A stretch of DNA of 19,989 nucleotides from Candidatus Helarchaeota ASGARD archaeon Hel_GB_B (GTDB taxonomy: Archaea > Asgardarchaeota > Lokiarchaeia > Helarchaeales > HEL-GB-B). This document shows positions 17,583-19,989 of the stretch, in pieces (position 1 is the first letter of the stretch; each line of letters opens with the position of its first letter). The stretch lies in the NCBI GenBank assembly GCA_005191425.1, contig SUPR01000068.1:1-19989 (forward strand), written 5' to 3'. The translations under genes and the position numbers were made by a program. The notes under the pieces were generated by a model. It was given only the letters and a program-made list of their open reading frames with translations. It ran no database searches and was not told where the DNA came from.

Positions 17583-18005
17583 CTAATAATGAAATATGTT
17601 ATGTCCACACGGACAAACCCTTGGATGCTCCAATTTTGTACATATTTTATCAATTATTTTCTCTGATATATAAATGTCTATTTTAGAAGCTTCTTTGCAT
17701 GCCTCTTCACAGGTTAATCCCAATTCATTTGAAAAAAAATATTCTAAAATGCGATGTTTTCGCATTAAGATTTGGCCTTGTTTAATCCCATGAGGAGTTA
17801 ACTTGATACCTTTGTATTTTTTATATTCAACAAGTCCCAACATTGATAGACTTTGAAAATGCTCCGTGACAGTAGAAGGGTGTACATTGAATTTTTCAGC
17901 AAAAAATTTTGTTGAAAACCACTTATTAGGATTTTGATCATAATTTCTAATAATCGGTTTTAAATATTTGCTAATAGTCTGTTCTTTCATATTAATATTT
18001 GGCAA
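17583..18005 (-). CDS. DtxR/MntR-family metal-dependent transcriptional regulator (no FeoA/SH3 domain)
   Basis: wHTH segment AEKFNVHPSTVTEHFQSLSMLGLVEYKKYKGIKLT..G, then RKHRILEYFF..ELG and C-terminal HP..CPCGH. Starts 21 nt after the ZIP stop codon. TTG start with GGA upstream; alternative ATG at 17990. Confidence 0.9.
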   Translation of the reverse strand: MPNINMKEQTISKYLKPIIRNYDQNPNKWFSTKFFAEKFNVHPSTVTEHFQSLSMLGLVEYKKYKGIKLTPHGIKQGQILMRKHRILEYFFSNELGLTCEEACKEASKIDIYISEKIIDKICTKLEHPRVCPCGHNIFHY

Positions 18006-18026
18006 TTTTAATTCCTTTAATTAGCT

Positions 18027-18782
18027 TTAAACAAATATTACTTTAAAAAACCACATTAAAAATATTCCGATTATAAATAGGATTGAAATAAATGTAGTCT
18101 TTTTTCCACTATTTTCCTTCTTTAATTCGGGAATGAGGTCAGCTGCTGCAATATATATAAATCCACCCGCAGAAAATGCTAATAAGTATGGAGAAATGGA
18201 TAGGAGCGAATATAATAAATAATATCCGAAAATTCCACCACCAATAGCTGTTAACGCTGTTAGAAAATTGAAAAATAAAGCTCGTTTTTTGGAAAAGCCG
18301 CCATAAATGAGTACCCCAAAATCGCCAATCTCTTGAGGGATCTCATGAGCTATAACTAAAATTGTAGCAACAAAACCTAATTGAAAGGATGATATAAAGG
18401 AAACAGCAATTACCAGCCCATCTGTAAAATTGTGAATACCATCACCAATAAGATTCAACCATTTGAATGAATGTTGCTCGCAAATATGATCTTTTTCTAC
18501 ATTATGGCATTGATGATAATCCAATAATTTTTCAAATATAAAAAAACAAATAAAACCGATGATAAGGATTATGTATATGTTTAATGAATTTATTTTCTCC
18601 ACAGCTTCGGGTAATAGATGTAAAAATCCTCCGCCGATTAGTGCACCTGCAGCAAAACTAACTAAATAAAAAACAATTTTGTTTAACGTTTTGTCATTAA
18701 TGCTTAAAGTTATTACTCCGACTAATGAAATTAAACTAACAATAAAATTACTCAATACAATATACAATAAGGTAAAATCCAT
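18027..18782 (-). CDS. ZIP-family (ZupT-like) divalent metal transporter
   Basis: SFAAGALIGGGFLHLLPEA, His-containing loop HQCHNVEKDHICEQH, TM4 GDGIHNFTDG, TM5 AHEIPQEIGDFGVL, GGFIYIA..DLIPEL. Confidence 0.93.
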   Translation of the reverse strand: MDFTLLYIVLSNFIVSLISLVGVITLSINDKTLNKIVFYLVSFAAGALIGGGFLHLLPEAVEKINSLNIYIILIIGFICFFIFEKLLDYHQCHNVEKDHICEQHSFKWLNLIGDGIHNFTDGLVIAVSFISSFQLGFVATILVIAHEIPQEIGDFGVLIYGGFSKKRALFFNFLTALTAIGGGIFGYYLLYSLLSISPYLLAFSAGGFIYIAAADLIPELKKENSGKKTTFISILFIIGIFLMWFFKVIFV

Positions 18783-18788
18783 ATTTTT

Positions 18789-18796
18789 TCACTCTT
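18789..18796 (-). promoter_or_regulatory. Shine-Dalgarno-like site (AAGAGTGA) of the ZIP gene
   Basis: 6 nt upstream of ATG 18782. Same octamer as upstream of the giant ORF. Confidence 0.6.
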
Positions 18797-18959
18797 TGAA
18801 TTGTTTTTCAAGTAAACAAATATTTTATTCTTTATAATAATATCTTATTAATAAAATAGATATCTAAAATTTTCTTAAAATTAAAAAAACTTTTTTGAAA
18901 ATATGTTTCTAATTATTCGTACATATTTTTTATTGAATAATTAAATAAATCCAAAATAA

Positions 18960-18967
18960 TTTATAAA
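18960..18967 (-). promoter_or_regulatory. Candidate TATA box (TTTATAAA) of the ZIP-dtxR operon
   Basis: Canonical archaeal TATA sequence. On the minus strand it is directly preceded by purine-rich ACCAAAAA (BRE position). Implies a leader of about 150 nt. Confidence 0.5.
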
Positions 18968-18968
18968 T

Positions 18969-18985
18969 TTTTGGTCAGACCAAAA
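18969..18985. promoter_or_regulatory. Perfect 8-1-8 inverted repeat TTTTGGTC-A-GACCAAAA, candidate operator of the adjacent DtxR-family regulator
   Basis: Exact palindrome containing G/C bases in an otherwise AT-rich spacer. Overlaps the BRE position next to the TATA box. Length and AT-rich flanks fit DtxR-family boxes. Confidence 0.7.
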
Positions 18986-19078
18986 TTTCCAAAATAAGTA
19001 ATAATTTTTCCAATAAATTGATATTAGCAATTTGTCGGTGATATATAGTAATTTTTTAAGAATTAGTATATATAAAAT

Positions 19079-19688
19079 TTAATCTGATGATTTTTTAATG
19101 TTCATCAGCTCATTTACTTCTTCGGCAATACGCGAAATAACACCCTCTACCCTTAGGTATAATTGAAATGGACGTTGGGTCTGCTCTTACCTTAATGCCT
19201 GTTTTATGTGCAATAATACGCAGTTTTTTTATTTCGTCCAATGCTTTATCAAACATTTTTTCGAGATTTTTTATGGTTTCATTGGTTTCAGTCGTAAATT
19301 TATCTAAGCTAGAGTCTAATGATTCAGTTGCGTTTTTTAATGATTGTTCCATATTATTTGTTGCAGAAATTAGATTTGAAGTTGATTCCACCAACGCTTT
19401 TTCTATTGTAATTTAAGTTTTTTCTAATGATTGCGTAGTTTTCAAAAATGCTTTTGCTACTTCGTTTAAATTTTCAGTTGTAGTTTGTAATGAAGTAGAT
19501 ATTATTTGTGCTGTTTCTAAAAATGATTTAGAAACTTCAGTTAAATTATTGGAAGTAAGCTCCATCGATTTTGAAATACTATCGGCAGTCTCTTTTAATG
19601 AACTGTTTAATTCTAAAGATACATCATCAAATTTCTTGATTATTCTATTAATTTTATTGTTAACTTTTTCAATGATTGGTATTTTCAA
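19079..19688 (-). pseudogene. Disrupted gene for an about 202-aa amphipathic helical (7/11-residue repeat) protein; merges track ORFs 19413..19709 and 19110..19394
   Basis: The two track ORFs are in the same frame, separated by TAA at 19413-19415, and the repeat pattern continues across it. Removing one G from GGG at 19150-19152 gives IIPKVEGVISRIAEEVNELMNIKKSSD-stop (TAA 19079-19081). Probable start is TTG 19688 with an AGGTGG SD-like site upstream. Confidence 0.7.
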
Positions 19689-19989
19689 ATTTCTAAACCA
19701 CCTTTCCAATTAAGTGTTAAATGGTGCTAAAATATTTGAAATTATCTATTTTATTCAACCTTCTTTTAACACATTTTTGATGATATGTACCACAAACTAA
19801 TAAAGATTTATAAAATGTTAAGATATAACTTAAAAATACAAAAATATTTTGAATTTCAACATTTTTTTCCAGATTTTTTGATTTAGTATATATTTTAAAA
19901 GTATTTTTTTTCGAGATTTTTCAAATTCCACTTTTCGACAAAAATATATAAATGTTAATTCTATTTTTTCGGAAATATATTTTTTGATA

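Noticed and set aside
18857-18866. TAGATATCTA 10-bp palindrome upstream of the ZIP gene
   Set aside because: Short and AT-rich, unrelated to the 17-bp candidate operator, and plausible by chance.
19413-19415. Programmed recoding (Sec/Pyl) at the in-frame stop
   Set aside because: The codon is TAA, not TGA or TAG, and a second lesion (frameshift) lies downstream.
19168-19416. Plus-strand 82-aa ORF
   Set aside because: Antisense shadow of the disrupted helical-repeat gene.
19832-19988. About 52-codon open minus-strand frame entering from the window edge, and TTTTT(C/CG)AGATTTTT look-alikes near 19862, 19906 and 19256
   Set aside because: The frame is low-complexity with no motif and cannot be judged without upstream sequence. 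The look-alikes are mostly T-runs expected in this composition.

Overview
Very AT-rich archaeal DNA, most likely from an Asgard archaeon. This is inferred from an Asgard-type profilin domain, GTGA-type Shine-Dalgarno sites, and large N-glycosylation-rich surface proteins. Left half, all on the minus strand: a >2045-aa secreted repeat protein that the ORF track missed because it runs off the window (6137 to <3); a 442-aa polytopic membrane protein; a membrane-anchored beta-helix (NosD/PbH1-like) protein with 7 Ca-binding DxDxDG-type repeats; and a CooC nickel-insertion ATPase. After a 775-bp divergent spacer, on the plus strand: a cytoplasmic IFT52-like (GIFT) domain fused to a coiled coil; an 837-aa long coiled-coil protein ending in an Asgard profilin domain; and a stand-alone N6-adenine DNA methyltransferase. 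Right end, minus strand: a ZIP metal transporter plus a DtxR/MntR-family regulator with altered metal ligands, preceded by a perfect 17-bp palindrome abutting a TATA box, and a small 7/11-repeat helical gene broken by a nonsense codon and a 1-bp insertion. The best candidate for a new system is the adjacent GIFT-coiled-coil / coiled-coil-profilin pair. No rRNA, tRNA, CRISPR array or transposase was recognised. All family assignments come from manual motif reading and remembered family sequences; no searches were run.
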